Source: Thermoanaerobaculia bacterium
GTDB taxonomy: Bacteria; Acidobacteriota; Thermoanaerobaculia; UBA5066
Direction: 5' to 3'
DNA: 64,000 nt
Assembly (NCBI GenBank): GCA_963719225.1
Contig: CAVRAY010000001.1
Span: 416,001-480,000, forward strand
Shown: positions 22,134 through 31,538 of the stretch, piece by piece
Layout of the letters: each line of letters starts with the position of its first letter
How positions within the stretch are numbered: position 1 is the first letter of the stretch
Made by a program: the position numbers and the translations under genes
The notes under the pieces: model-generated
The model's input: the letters and a program-made list of their open reading frames with translations, nothing else
Databases searched by the model: none
Told to the model about the DNA's origin: nothing

Positions 22134-24235
22134 AGGCCTCTCTCCGCGCCCGCCTCCCGCTTGCGGCGGCGATCGTCCTCGCTCTCCTGCCGTTCCGCGA
22201 GTTCCTCGGTTCCGGAGTGCCGTCCGGCCGCGACCTCCTTTTCTATTTCTTTCCGCTCAAAGCCCACCTCGTCGAGGCGGTGACGCGCGGCGAGATGCCG
22301 TGGGTGGACCGTTTTCGATGGGGCGGATCGCCGCTCCTGGGCGCGCCTTCGGCGGCCCCCTTCGACCCCGCGAACATCCTCTTTCTGGTCCTGCCGCTCG
22401 GTGCGGCCATGAAGGCGTGGATCCTCCTCCACCTCGGCGTCGCGCTCGCGGGTTTCGCCGCGTTCACGCGGCGCCTCGGGCTCGAGCGCGGGCCGGCAGC
22501 CGTCGCCGGGCTCGTCTTCGCGCTCGGTGGCACGACCGTGTCGCTCGCCGCGTTTCCACCCACGCTTTCCGCCCTCTCGATCCTCCCCTGGTTCGCCGCG
22601 TTCGTGTTCGACCTCGTCCGTGCACCGGGAAGGCGCACGACGGCGGCCGTCGCCGCCTCCGCCGCTCTGATCCTCCTCGCCACGTCGCCCGAGCTCATTT
22701 TCTTCTCGGCGTGTGTCGCCGTTGCGGTCTTCTTCTCGGCGCGCCGCGAGGCCGGGACCTGGCGCCAGGCGATGCGTCCTCTGACTCTCCTCGCGCTGAG
22801 CGCGCTTCTTGCCGGCGGCCTCGGCGCGATCGCGCTCCTGCCGGCGGCCGCCACCGCCGAGCGCAGCGTCCGCTCGCCGGGGGGCGGCCTGGGAACCGGA
22901 GCCGCGTCGATCAAGCCGCTCGCTGTCCCGCGACTTCCCGAACTCCTCTTCGACGGGGTGGTCGCGGACTGGACGGTCGTCGCGGTGGTGCCGCGCGTCC
23001 CGGACTATCCGTTTCTCCCCTCCCTGACGCCGGGGCGCGTCGCGTGGGCGCTCGTCCTCGCGGGGCTGCTCCGAAAAGGCACCGGGCGGATCGCCGCAAT
23101 CGGTATCGCTCTTTTCGGAACCCTGCTCGCGCTCGGCGACGCGACGCCGTTCTTCGGCCTCGTGGCAAGAGCGGTCCCTCTCCTCGCGCGGATCCGGTAC
23201 CCGGAAAGACACGTGATCCTCGCGGGCTTCGGTCTCGCCTGGCTCGCCGCTCTCGGCATCTCGCGGCTCGCAGCTGCCGTCTCGCCTCGCGCCCGGAAGG
23301 TCGTCCTCGTGCTCCTCGCCCTTGCGGTCTTCGTGGACCGCGAAGGAGTCGCGCGCCGCCTCTCGCCGGTCGAGGACGCGTCCCTCCTGACAAAACGGCC
23401 TCCTCTTCTCGCGTCGTTGCCGGAGGCTTCCGGGGACGCGCCGCCACCTCGTCTCTTCTTCAACGATGCCTACCAGCCCGTTCCGATGTACGACACGCGC
23501 GACATCGTGGCCGTGAGCCGGGTCGGGTGCCAGACGCTCCTTCCCGCGTACGCGTCGCTCTTCGGCGTCGGCTACCAATTCGAGCTCGACTACGACCTCT
23601 CCCTCTCCGCGGAGGCGTTCGAGTGGACGCGGCTCCTTTCGAAGGCGGTGCCGAAGACGCCTTCTCTCGCTTTGCGTTTCGTCCGCGCCGCCGGTGTTTC
23701 GGCAATCCTGAAGAGCGATCGCGAGGCGGACGGGCGCTACCACCCGCACCTGATGAAGATCTTCAATCCCCTGCCGCCGTACCGCTTCGCGGCGCGTGTC
23801 GTCGCCTCCGGCGATGCGTCGTCGGTCTTCTCGAAGCTTCTCGAGGACGGCTTTTCCGCCGACACGGCGTACGTCGACACCGCGCTGCCGGGCGTTCCCG
23901 CTCTTCCCGCGGCTGGCCGGATCCTCTCAGCGGTCGACCGGCCTTCCGGGCTCCTCCTCGACGTCGAGGTGGACGGTCCGGCGCCGGGTTTCCTCATGCT
24001 CTACCGCCTGCGTGAAGCGGCGGAAGAGGCGACGCTCGACGGGCGTCCCGTTCCGGTCTCGCAGGTGGCCTTCGGGTTCGCGGGCCTCCCGGTCCCGCCG
24101 GGGAGACATGCTTTGCGATTGCGGCCCGACACGCGCTGGGTGAAGATCGGGGCGTTGATCTCCACCCTCACGGCGCTCGGTCTGGCCGCCGCCCTGCTCT
24201 CTCCCAGGCACCGCGCCGCATCCGGGAGCGCATGA
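22130..24235 (+). CDS. YfhO-like GT-C membrane glycosyltransferase
   Basis: ATGA overlap. GRDLLFYFFPLK, GEMPW..F.WGGSPLLG, IRYPER, VPPGRHALRLR and terminal TM helix. Confidence 0.75.
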   Translation: MKASLRARLPLAAAIVLALLPFREFLGSGVPSGRDLLFYFFPLKAHLVEAVTRGEMPWVDRFRWGGSPLLGAPSAAPFDPANILFLVLPLGAAMKAWILLHLGVALAGFAAFTRRLGLERGPAAVAGLVFALGGTTVSLAAFPPTLSALSILPWFAAFVFDLVRAPGRRTTAAVAASAALILLATSPELIFFSACVAVAVFFSARREAGTWRQAMRPLTLLALSALLAGGLGAIALLPAAATAERSVRSPGGGLGTGAASIKPLAVPRLPELLFDGVVADWTVVAVVPRVPDYPFLPSLTPGRVAWALVLAGLLRKGTGRIAAIGIALFGTLLALGDATPFFGLVARAVPLLARIRYPERHVILAGFGLAWLAALGISRLAAAVSPRARKVVLVLLALAVFVDREGVARRLSPVEDASLLTKRPPLLASLPEASGDAPPPRLFFNDAYQPVPMYDTRDIVAVSRVGCQTLLPAYASLFGVGYQFELDYDLSLSAEAFEWTRLLSKAVPKTPSLALRFVRAAGVSAILKSDREADGRYHPHLMKIFNPLPPYRFAARVVASGDASSVFSKLLEDGFSADTAYVDTALPGVPALPAAGRILSAVDRPSGLLLDVEVDGPAPGFLMLYRLREAAEEATLDGRPVPVSQVAFGFAGLPVPPGRHALRLRPDTRWVKIGALISTLTALGLAAALLSPRHRAASGSA

Positions 24236-25662
24236 GCCTGGAGCCGGCTGCCCGCCGCCGCGCCGCCCTGTACGGCGGGGCGACCCTCGTTGCCGCGCTC
24301 GCGCTGTGGGCGATCCCGGCCTTCATCTCCCGTCTCGTCCCGGACGTGGTGGTTCGCCGGACGTACGTCGAAGCCGACGCCGCCATGAAGACCGAGGCGG
24401 TCAAGCTCCTCGGCGAATACGTCCGGATCGACACCTCGAATCCCCCGGGGCACACACGCCCCGCGATCGAGTTCCTCACCCGAATCCTCGAGTGCGAAGG
24501 GATTCCCGTGACGGTCACCGGCGCCGATCCGGAGCGCCCGATTCTCGTGGCTCGTCTCAAGGGCCGGACCTCCGAGGGGGCGCTCGCGCTTTACAACCAC
24601 GCGGACGTGGTTCCGGCCGGGGACCTCACGAAGTGGACGAAGCCGCCCTTCGCGGGAGAGCGCGGCGAGGGCCGTGACAGAGACCACCTCTTCGGCCGGG
24701 GAACGCTCGACATGAAGGGACAGACGATTGCGAACGTCCTCGCGCTCGCCTCCCTCGTGCGGGCGGGCGTCGTTCCCCTTCGCGACATCGTTTTCGTCGT
24801 GGAATCCGGAGAGGAGACCTATGACGAGAGCCTCGGGATGATCTGGATCATGGACCACCGTCCGGACCTTCTCCGGGGCGTGACGGACGTCTTCAACGAG
24901 GGAGGCGTCAACGAGGTCAGGACGCAGCAGGTCGAGCGCTTCGGCATCGAGGTCATGCAGAAAGCAATCCTCTCCGTGGACGTTCTCGCGAAGGAGCAGA
25001 AGCCGCTGGAGGATTTCGCGGCGTTTCTGAAGGTCGAGGATGAAAAAGAGCCGATACGCGTGGTGCCCGCCGTGCGGGAGTTCCTGCGATTCATCGCCCC
25101 CTCGCGCTCGGACGTCTGGGGCCGCCGAATGATCGGAGAGGCCGAGAAGATCGGCCCCGGAACGGAGTTCTGGCAGTACGTTCCCGAGGTCTATCGGGCC
25201 CTCCTCAGGGACAGCATCTACATGGGAGCGATCCAGAAGGAACCGGGCGGCTTCTCCATGCGCGTCGTGAAGACGCTCTTGCCCGGGAGCCCGGTCGCCG
25301 CCGCCAGGGGCCGGCTCGACGGCTGGCTTCGGGAGCGGAACCTCCGTCTGCGCGTCATTATGGCGACCGCGGACTCCGTGTCGAGCGCCGCGGAGGGACG
25401 CGCCTACCGGTGCGTCGAGAACGTGTTCAGCATGGACGAGGCGCATGCCCCGGTCGGGCCTTACATCCTGAGCAACCAGTACACGTCGTCCCAGGGGATT
25501 CGGGCGCGCGGCCTTCGCGCCTACGGTGTCTCCCCTTTCGCCGTGAGCATTTACGACGCGTTGTCGATTCATCACGAGAACGAGCGCATTTCCCTGCCGT
25601 TCTTCGTCGATGGAATCGAGCGGATGAGGCGGATCCTCTTCGAGTTCGCGACCTCGCCCTGA
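24232..25662 (+). CDS. M20/DapE-family metallopeptidase/amidohydrolase with N-terminal membrane anchor
   Basis: LYNHADVV, GRGTLDMKG, GEE, NEGG and IHHENERI metal-ligand motifs. Confidence 0.85.
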   Translation: MSLEPAARRRAALYGGATLVAALALWAIPAFISRLVPDVVVRRTYVEADAAMKTEAVKLLGEYVRIDTSNPPGHTRPAIEFLTRILECEGIPVTVTGADPERPILVARLKGRTSEGALALYNHADVVPAGDLTKWTKPPFAGERGEGRDRDHLFGRGTLDMKGQTIANVLALASLVRAGVVPLRDIVFVVESGEETYDESLGMIWIMDHRPDLLRGVTDVFNEGGVNEVRTQQVERFGIEVMQKAILSVDVLAKEQKPLEDFAAFLKVEDEKEPIRVVPAVREFLRFIAPSRSDVWGRRMIGEAEKIGPGTEFWQYVPEVYRALLRDSIYMGAIQKEPGGFSMRVVKTLLPGSPVAAARGRLDGWLRERNLRLRVIMATADSVSSAAEGRAYRCVENVFSMDEAHAPVGPYILSNQYTSSQGIRARGLRAYGVSPFAVSIYDALSIHHENERISLPFFVDGIERMRRILFEFATSP

Positions 25663-25763
25663 GCGGTCCGGCTGCTACACTCCGGACCCGGGCTCGCTGG
25701 CACGCTCCTCGCGTCATCGAGCTTCACGTGCCGGCCCGGCCGGCATCCCGTTCAGGAGTACCG

Positions 25764-26327
25764 ATGAAGGTCCCGCTCGTTTTCTTCGCAGGCCTGGCGC
25801 TCGCGGCCCTTCCTTCTGCCGCGCAGGTGCAGGTGCAGACGAAGCAGATCGGTCCCACGCCCGGATCGAACTCCCCCGGCACCGGCGCGCCGGCCGCGCA
25901 GCCCACGCCACCGCCCTGTCCCGGCATGGCCGGCCTCGAGGTCGGCCAGACCCGCACGTTTTCGTTCGAGCGCATGGCTCTGCGCGAGCCCGCGAAAAAG
26001 ACGGTGACGCGCGACCTCAAGGTCGTGCACACCCCGGCGGGGCGCCCGTGGACGGTCGACGTCACGTACGCGTCCGATGCGCTCGACGCGAAAGTCGTGG
26101 CGCTCCATTACCTGCTCGACCCGCCCTCGGGTCTCTACGAAGGCATCCTCGAAAGGTACGGCAAAGGCACGCCCGTCGCGTCCGAATCCGGCGTGTCGTC
26201 GTGGGACATCCCGCATTGCAGCGTGCGCCTTCGTTACCGCATGGGGGTCTCGGAAAAGCAGCGCCGGGTGGAGGAGCTCTGGGTCGAGCCGCTGACGTCG
26301 AGAAACGCCACCGCCCGGAAGCGCTGA
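25764..26327 (+). CDS. Hypothetical secreted protein
   Basis: AGGAG RBS before ATG 25764, signal peptide (ALAALPSAA-Q), Pro-rich linker, typical GC3 codon usage. Confidence 0.65.
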   Translation: MKVPLVFFAGLALAALPSAAQVQVQTKQIGPTPGSNSPGTGAPAAQPTPPPCPGMAGLEVGQTRTFSFERMALREPAKKTVTRDLKVVHTPAGRPWTVDVTYASDALDAKVVALHYLLDPPSGLYEGILERYGKGTPVASESGVSSWDIPHCSVRLRYRMGVSEKQRRVEELWVEPLTSRNATARKR

Positions 26328-26343
26328 CCGGCTTTCCCCCACG

Positions 26344-28623
26344 ATGAGGCGCGCTCTCTCGGGGCTCCTCGCCGCGGCGCTTGCGGCGGTGCTTCTCGCG
26401 TTCGCCGCCCTCGGCTTTCTCGTCGAACGGAATCTTCCGGACCTTTTGTTTCCGAGAATCCCGGGCCTCGACGCGAGCGTTTCCGTTTCGTTCGACGACC
26501 GGGGCGTCGCAACCGTGACGGCCGGGAGCGTCGGAGACGCCCTCCGCGCCCAGGGTTATCTCACGGCGCGCGAGCGGCTGTTCCAGATGGAGCTCCAGCG
26601 CCGCGCTGCCGGCGGCGAGCTGGCGGAAATCTTCGGGAAAATCGTTCTCCCGTCGGACCGGCTTCACCGGACCTACGGTTTTCCCCGCGTCGCCGAAGCA
26701 GCCGTTCCTCTCCTTCCCGCGGCGGAACGTGCGGACGTCCAGGCGCTGACGGACGGCATCAACGCGTTCGTCGACACGCATGCGGGCCGCTGGGGCCTGG
26801 AGTTCGCCCTGTTGCGGCTCGAGCCGCGCCGATACACCGCGGCCGATGCGTTGCGCGTTCTGCTCCTCATGTGCGAGGACCTATCCTCTTCCTGGCGAAG
26901 GGAGCTGGCCAACGAGCGTCTCCTCAGTCGCCCGCGCGCGCTTCGGCGGTTCCTGACCTCGCCGTTCACGTCCGACGATCTCGTCCTCTTTCCGGACGCC
27001 GGGAAACCCGAGCTGCCCGTGCTGCCCGAGCTGGAAGGCGCGGTTCCGGCCGCTGCCCTCGGTCTCGCATCCCCTGACACGTCCGAAGAGGAACGCGCCG
27101 GCTCGAATGGCTGGGTCGTCTCCGGCGCCCTGACCAAGAGCGGCAAGCCCATTCTCGCGAACGATCCGCACCTCGGCTTGAACATGCCCGGGATCTGGCT
27201 GCCGATGCGTTTCGTCATCCGCGGCCGCGTCGTCGAAGGCGTGACCTTGCCGGGGCTCCCGGGCGTCACCTTGGGGCGGAGCGAGCGCGTCGCGTGGGGA
27301 TTCACGAACCTCTACGCCGACGTCCAGGACCTCTACCGGGAGACGATCGTGGACGGCAGGGCGAAGCGCGGCTCGGAATGGGAACCCGTCCGCGAGCGCG
27401 AAGAGACGATCCGGGTGCGCGGCGCGGCTGAAGAGCGCCTCGTCGTCCGCGAGACGTCGCACGGCCCCCTCGTGTCGGAGAACCTCGCGCTGAAATGGGT
27501 CGTGCTCGATCCCTCGCACCTGCGGCTTCCCTCGTCGCGGGTCATGCAAGCCGTGGACTCCGAGGGCGTGAAGGTCGCTCTCGACGAACTCCTCGCGCCC
27601 GCGCAGAACGTCGTCTGGGCCGACGCTGCCGGTCACATCGGGTGGCGGGCGACCGGCCTCGTCCCGGTGCGGAGGCCGGGCACCGACGGTAGCGTGCCGT
27701 ATGACGGATCGGATCCTTCGAACGACTGGAAGGGCTTCGTGCCGCAGTCGGAGATGCCGCGCGCCGAGGATCCGGCAGAGGGTTTCCTCGCCACCGCGAA
27801 CCAGCGCGTGGCGGGGACGAGCTGGCCTCACGTGCTCGGCACCGACTGGCCCTCGCCCGCGCGGGCGCGCCGCATCGCATCCCTGCTGGAGGCCGCGAAG
27901 CACGAGGGACGCAAGCTCGACCGTGCCGCCGCCGAATCGATCCAGCTCGACACCGCCTCGCCCGCTCTCGCCGCCGTCATGGGAGCGCTCGCGCCTTTCC
28001 TGCCCGCGAAATGGGCCAGGCGATTCCGGGGTTGGGACGGGCGCGCCGACGCGGACTCGGCATCGTTCCTCGTCGCGCGCGCGTTTCGCCGCAGGCTGGG
28101 TGAGCGCGTCCTTCAGGCGTGGCGGATCCCGCCCGGGATCGGCCTCTCGGAGTACCGGGTCCTGGACGTCGCTCGGGCGAACGACGCCGCCTTCCGGCGG
28201 GCCGGACTCGGAGCCAAGGCGATGCTCGTCCGGGGGGCTTTCGACGAGGCGCTCGCGGACCTTTCCAAGAGCGGCCACGATCCCGCGCGCTTCTGCTGGG
28301 GCGAGGCGAACCGGCTCGCCGTGCGGCATCCGCTGGGGCGCGTGCCGGGCCTCGCCTGGCTCTTCGATCCGCCGTCGTTTCCGCAATCGGGGGCGACAGG
28401 AATCGTGCGGGTCGCCTCCGCCACGTTCGGGCAGTCCATGCGCTTCATCGTGGACTGGGGAGCGCCGGAAGAGGCGACCCTCGTCGTCCCCTTCGGCGTC
28501 TCCGGGCACGTGGGCTCGCCTCATCGCTTCGACCAGCTTCCTCTCTGGCGCAACGGCGATCCCTCCGGCGCTTCGACCCGGTTGTCGCGGCCCGCGCGCG
28601 AAAAAGCCGTCTTCCTGCCTTGA
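26344..28623 (+). CDS. Penicillin acylase-family (S45, Ntn hydrolase) protein
   Basis: QGYLTARERLFQMEL, nucleophile motif GSNGWVVSG, ANDPHL, AQNVVWAD, ATANQ, GVSGHVGSPH..DQ. Confidence 0.9.
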   Translation: MRRALSGLLAAALAAVLLAFAALGFLVERNLPDLLFPRIPGLDASVSVSFDDRGVATVTAGSVGDALRAQGYLTARERLFQMELQRRAAGGELAEIFGKIVLPSDRLHRTYGFPRVAEAAVPLLPAAERADVQALTDGINAFVDTHAGRWGLEFALLRLEPRRYTAADALRVLLLMCEDLSSSWRRELANERLLSRPRALRRFLTSPFTSDDLVLFPDAGKPELPVLPELEGAVPAAALGLASPDTSEEERAGSNGWVVSGALTKSGKPILANDPHLGLNMPGIWLPMRFVIRGRVVEGVTLPGLPGVTLGRSERVAWGFTNLYADVQDLYRETIVDGRAKRGSEWEPVREREETIRVRGAAEERLVVRETSHGPLVSENLALKWVVLDPSHLRLPSSRVMQAVDSEGVKVALDELLAPAQNVVWADAAGHIGWRATGLVPVRRPGTDGSVPYDGSDPSNDWKGFVPQSEMPRAEDPAEGFLATANQRVAGTSWPHVLGTDWPSPARARRIASLLEAAKHEGRKLDRAAAESIQLDTASPALAAVMGALAPFLPAKWARRFRGWDGRADADSASFLVARAFRRRLGERVLQAWRIPPGIGLSEYRVLDVARANDAAFRRAGLGAKAMLVRGAFDEALADLSKSGHDPARFCWGEANRLAVRHPLGRVPGLAWLFDPPSFPQSGATGIVRVASATFGQSMRFIVDWGAPEEATLVVPFGVSGHVGSPHRFDQLPLWRNGDPSGASTRLSRPAREKAVFLP

Positions 28624-29504
28624 GAATTTTCGTCTTCACCCTTGCCGCACTGGCGGCTTTCCGCCCGCCGGTGCTTCCGCGCCCTCTCTGGCTGACGGTC
28701 ACGGCCTCCGCCTCGAGACCGCGACAGGGCGGCATCGTGGCGTTCACGGTCAGGAGCGAGCGCGCCCTCCCCGGGCTCGTCCTCGTCGACGGGGATGCGC
28801 GCATTCCGCTCGAGCGCGAAACGGACGGCACCAGGTTCCACGGCCTCTACGGTCTGGACCTCGAGGCGACGACCGGCGAGCGTCGGCTCTCCTTCGAGAC
28901 TCCCGACGGTGCGGTGACGGTCCCCTGGTCCTTACGCGTGGCCCCGGGCCGCTTCAGAGTCCAACGTCTCTCCGTCGATCAGCGCTTCGTGGAGGTGCCT
29001 GAGGAGGAGCGCGAGCGGGTGAAGGCGGATCAGGCTCGAGTCGCGGCGGCGTACCGTCACGCGTCGGAGGCCCGGCTCTCCACGTCTTTCGAGCGGCCTC
29101 TTCGCGCTCGATCCAGCGGCAACTTCGGCGCGCGCCGCGTCTACAACGGCAAGACCGAGAGCTTTCACGCGGGACTCGACCTGTCGGCCGCCGAAGGGAC
29201 TCCGGTCGCGGCCGCCGGCGACGGGCGCGTCGTTCTCGCGGGAGATCTCTACTTCAGCGGCGGCACGGTGCTCCTGGATCACGGGGCCGGCCTTTTCACG
29301 CAGTATTTCCACCTTTCGCGCATCGACGTGAAGGAGGGAGACGCCGTCGCGAAGGGAACACGCCTCGGCGCGTCGGGGCACACGGGACGCGTCACGGGCC
29401 CGCACCTGCACTGGGGCGCGAGGCTCCACGGGGCGCGCGTGGATCCCGTGAATCTCCTCGTGCTTCCCGCGTGGCCCCTTCCAAGCACCGACGCGGCTCC
29501 TTGA
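28620..29504 (+). CDS. M23-family metallopeptidase
   Basis: TTG start overlapping previous stop. FGARRVYNG, HAGLD, LDHGAG...YFHLS, TGRVTGPHLHWG. Confidence 0.9.
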   Translation: MRIFVFTLAALAAFRPPVLPRPLWLTVTASASRPRQGGIVAFTVRSERALPGLVLVDGDARIPLERETDGTRFHGLYGLDLEATTGERRLSFETPDGAVTVPWSLRVAPGRFRVQRLSVDQRFVEVPEEERERVKADQARVAAAYRHASEARLSTSFERPLRARSSGNFGARRVYNGKTESFHAGLDLSAAEGTPVAAAGDGRVVLAGDLYFSGGTVLLDHGAGLFTQYFHLSRIDVKEGDAVAKGTRLGASGHTGRVTGPHLHWGARLHGARVDPVNLLVLPAWPLPSTDAAP

Positions 29505-29518
29505 ACTAGACTTCGGGC

Positions 29519-29929
29519 ATGAGCGTCTTCATGAGCGGGAGACTGACTTCCCCCACGTCCACCGAGCTCGTCCACGGCCCGTCCGGAGCCGTTCTCGAGA
29601 CCACGGCTCCGAGGGACAACGGCGGCGACGGGAGCCGCTTCTCGCCTACGGACCTCTGCACCGCCTCGGCCGCCTCGTGCGCCGCGACGACCGTGAGCCT
29701 CTACGCGACGCGCAACGGAATTCCGCTGACCTCGATCGGGTTCGAGATCGAGAAGCACATGACCGCCGAGCCCCCGCGGCGCATCGCCAGGCTCGTGGCG
29801 CGCTTTCGCGTTTCGTCCCCGTGCGGCGACGAGGACTTCCAGAAGCTCGTCCAGGTCGGCAAGGCTTGTCCCGTCTTCCGCTCGCTGCACCCCGACGTCC
29901 TCATCGAGGACGTCTGGGAGCGGGGTTGA
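29519..29929 (+). CDS. OsmC-family protein
   Basis: TTAPRDNGGDG..FSPTDL...AASC and ACPV..SL Cys pair. Confidence 0.88.
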   Translation: MSVFMSGRLTSPTSTELVHGPSGAVLETTAPRDNGGDGSRFSPTDLCTASAASCAATTVSLYATRNGIPLTSIGFEIEKHMTAEPPRRIARLVARFRVSSPCGDEDFQKLVQVGKACPVFRSLHPDVLIEDVWERG

Positions 29930-29958
29930 GCGCCTTCCAGGTCCTCGATCTCGAGTGA

Positions 29959-30933
29959 TCAGGAGACGTTGGAGAAAGAGCCCGTCTCTCCCAGGGGAAA
30001 CCGCTCGGCCTCGATCTCGTAGCCAGCGGCCTGCCACGCGTCGAGCCCCCCTTCCAGCGGACGGACGAGCGTGAACCCGCGGTCCATGAGGAGGCGTGCC
30101 ACACGGGCCGCCGACGCTTCATTCGGTCACGTGCAGTAGAGGACGATTTCCCGATCCGTCGGCAGGTGCGAGATCTTCTCGTCCAGCTCGGCGACGTCGG
30201 CGACGATCGCCCCCGGGATTCGCCGCGGGTCGCGAGCGCGCGCGCTGCCGGACCGCACGTCGACGATCACCGGAGCCTCGCCGTCGTCCATGAGCCGGCG
30301 CAGATCGGTCGCGCGAATGCGCGCCATGCGCAGGACCTTGTAAAACCGCCTCCGCTGCATCCACTTCGCCGCGATGTAGAGGAGGAGCGCGAGGCCCAGG
30401 AGGACGAGAGCGCTTCCACCGAGCCCCGAGAGAAACGAAAGAGCCCGCTCGACGGCGCCATGGAAGAGGGCGCCGAGCGCCAGAGCGCCGCCTGCCCAGA
30501 GCACCGTGCCTCCCGCCGTGAACAGGAGGAACCGCGAAAGCGGCGCCTTCGCGGCGCCCGCGAGAGGAGGCGCGACGGTGGAATAGCCGGGGATGAACTT
30601 CGCGACGAGAAGGGACGCGAGGCCGTACGTGTCGAAGAGGCCCTCGGTCTGGCGCACGCAGGAATCCGGAGAGAGAGAAACCTTGCAGAGAGTCTTGAGG
30701 ATCTTCTGTCCGTAGCGGCGTCCGAGGAGGTACCAGACCGTGTCGGCCGCGACCGTCGCCACGAGGGCGGCGGCGAGGAGCTTTCCGAACTGCAGCCTGC
30801 CGTCCGCCGCCAGCGCTCCCGCCACGACGAGCGTCGGGACAGCGGGAACCGGGATGCCGAGCTGCTCGACGAGGACGTTCAGGAAGACGAACCCGACGCC
30901 ATGCTCGAGGATGAGGGCCGTCAGCTCGTTCAC
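29959..30933 (-). CDS. DedA(VTT)-rhodanese fusion, probable selenoprotein (Sec at UGA 30127-30129)
   Basis: DedA motifs EQLGIPVPA, ADTVWYLLGRRYG, VAKFIPG. The rhodanese domain VDVRS..IPGA..IVLYCT-TGA-PNEASAARVARLLMDRGFTLVRPLEGGLDAWQAAGY continues in frame to a stop at 29959. Confidence 0.85.
30093..30112 (-). promoter_or_regulatory. Putative bacterial SECIS hairpin
   Basis: GGCG-GCC[CGUGU]GGC-A-CGCC starts 15 nt after the UGA: 7-bp stem with one bulge, GU in the apical loop about 22 nt from the UGA. Confidence 0.7.
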
Positions 30934-30934
30934 G

Positions 30935-31495
30935 TCAGCTCACGCCCGTCGACGAGGAGGAGACGGACGCCGGATCGACGCCGAGGCGCGCGAGGGCGCG
31001 CTCCCAGAGTCCCGTCACGTCGTGCGTGAAGACGAGCGCTGGGTCCCAGGGCAGGACGAGCCAGGTTCCTTCCTCCATCTCGCTCTCGAGCTGGTCCGCC
31101 GCCCAGCCCGAATACCCGAGGACGAGGAGACCCGGCGTGCCGGACGCCGGCGGCGCGGCGAAAAGCCTGGGAAGAATCTCCGCGGCGACCGAGACGCGCA
31201 ACCCGGGAGCCATCTCGACGGATTCGACGCCGGGCATCTCGTCGGTGAAGAGCGCGACGAGGCCGTTCGTGAAGATCGGGCCGCCGACGCGAAGCGGCGT
31301 CTCGGGATGGACACTCGTGTCCAGAGGCGGAGCGAGGAGCGAGACCGCCGGCTCGCCGAGGAACCGGTTTACGACCCAGCCCAGGGCGCCTTCGCGCGTG
31401 TGGTGGCCCATGACGACGACCGTCTTCTGGAAGTTCGGATCGAGCATGACGGGCGCGGCGAGAAGCAGATAGGGCGTCGTGAGGGACTCGACCAC
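30935..31495 (-). CDS. YqgE/AlgH-family protein (UPF0301)
   Basis: LLAAP.M.DPNF..TVV...HH..GALG.VVN, GGP, LGYSGW..DQLE.E...G.W. Confidence 0.9.
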   Translation of the reverse strand: MVESLTTPYLLLAAPVMLDPNFQKTVVVMGHHTREGALGWVVNRFLGEPAVSLLAPPLDTSVHPETPLRVGGPIFTNGLVALFTDEMPGVESVEMAPGLRVSVAAEILPRLFAAPPASGTPGLLVLGYSGWAADQLESEMEEGTWLVLPWDPALVFTHDVTGLWERALARLGVDPASVSSSSTGVS

Positions 31496-31538
31496 GCGGG
31501 AAGACTAGCGCGCCCGGCCGTCCCGCCCAAGGGGCGCG

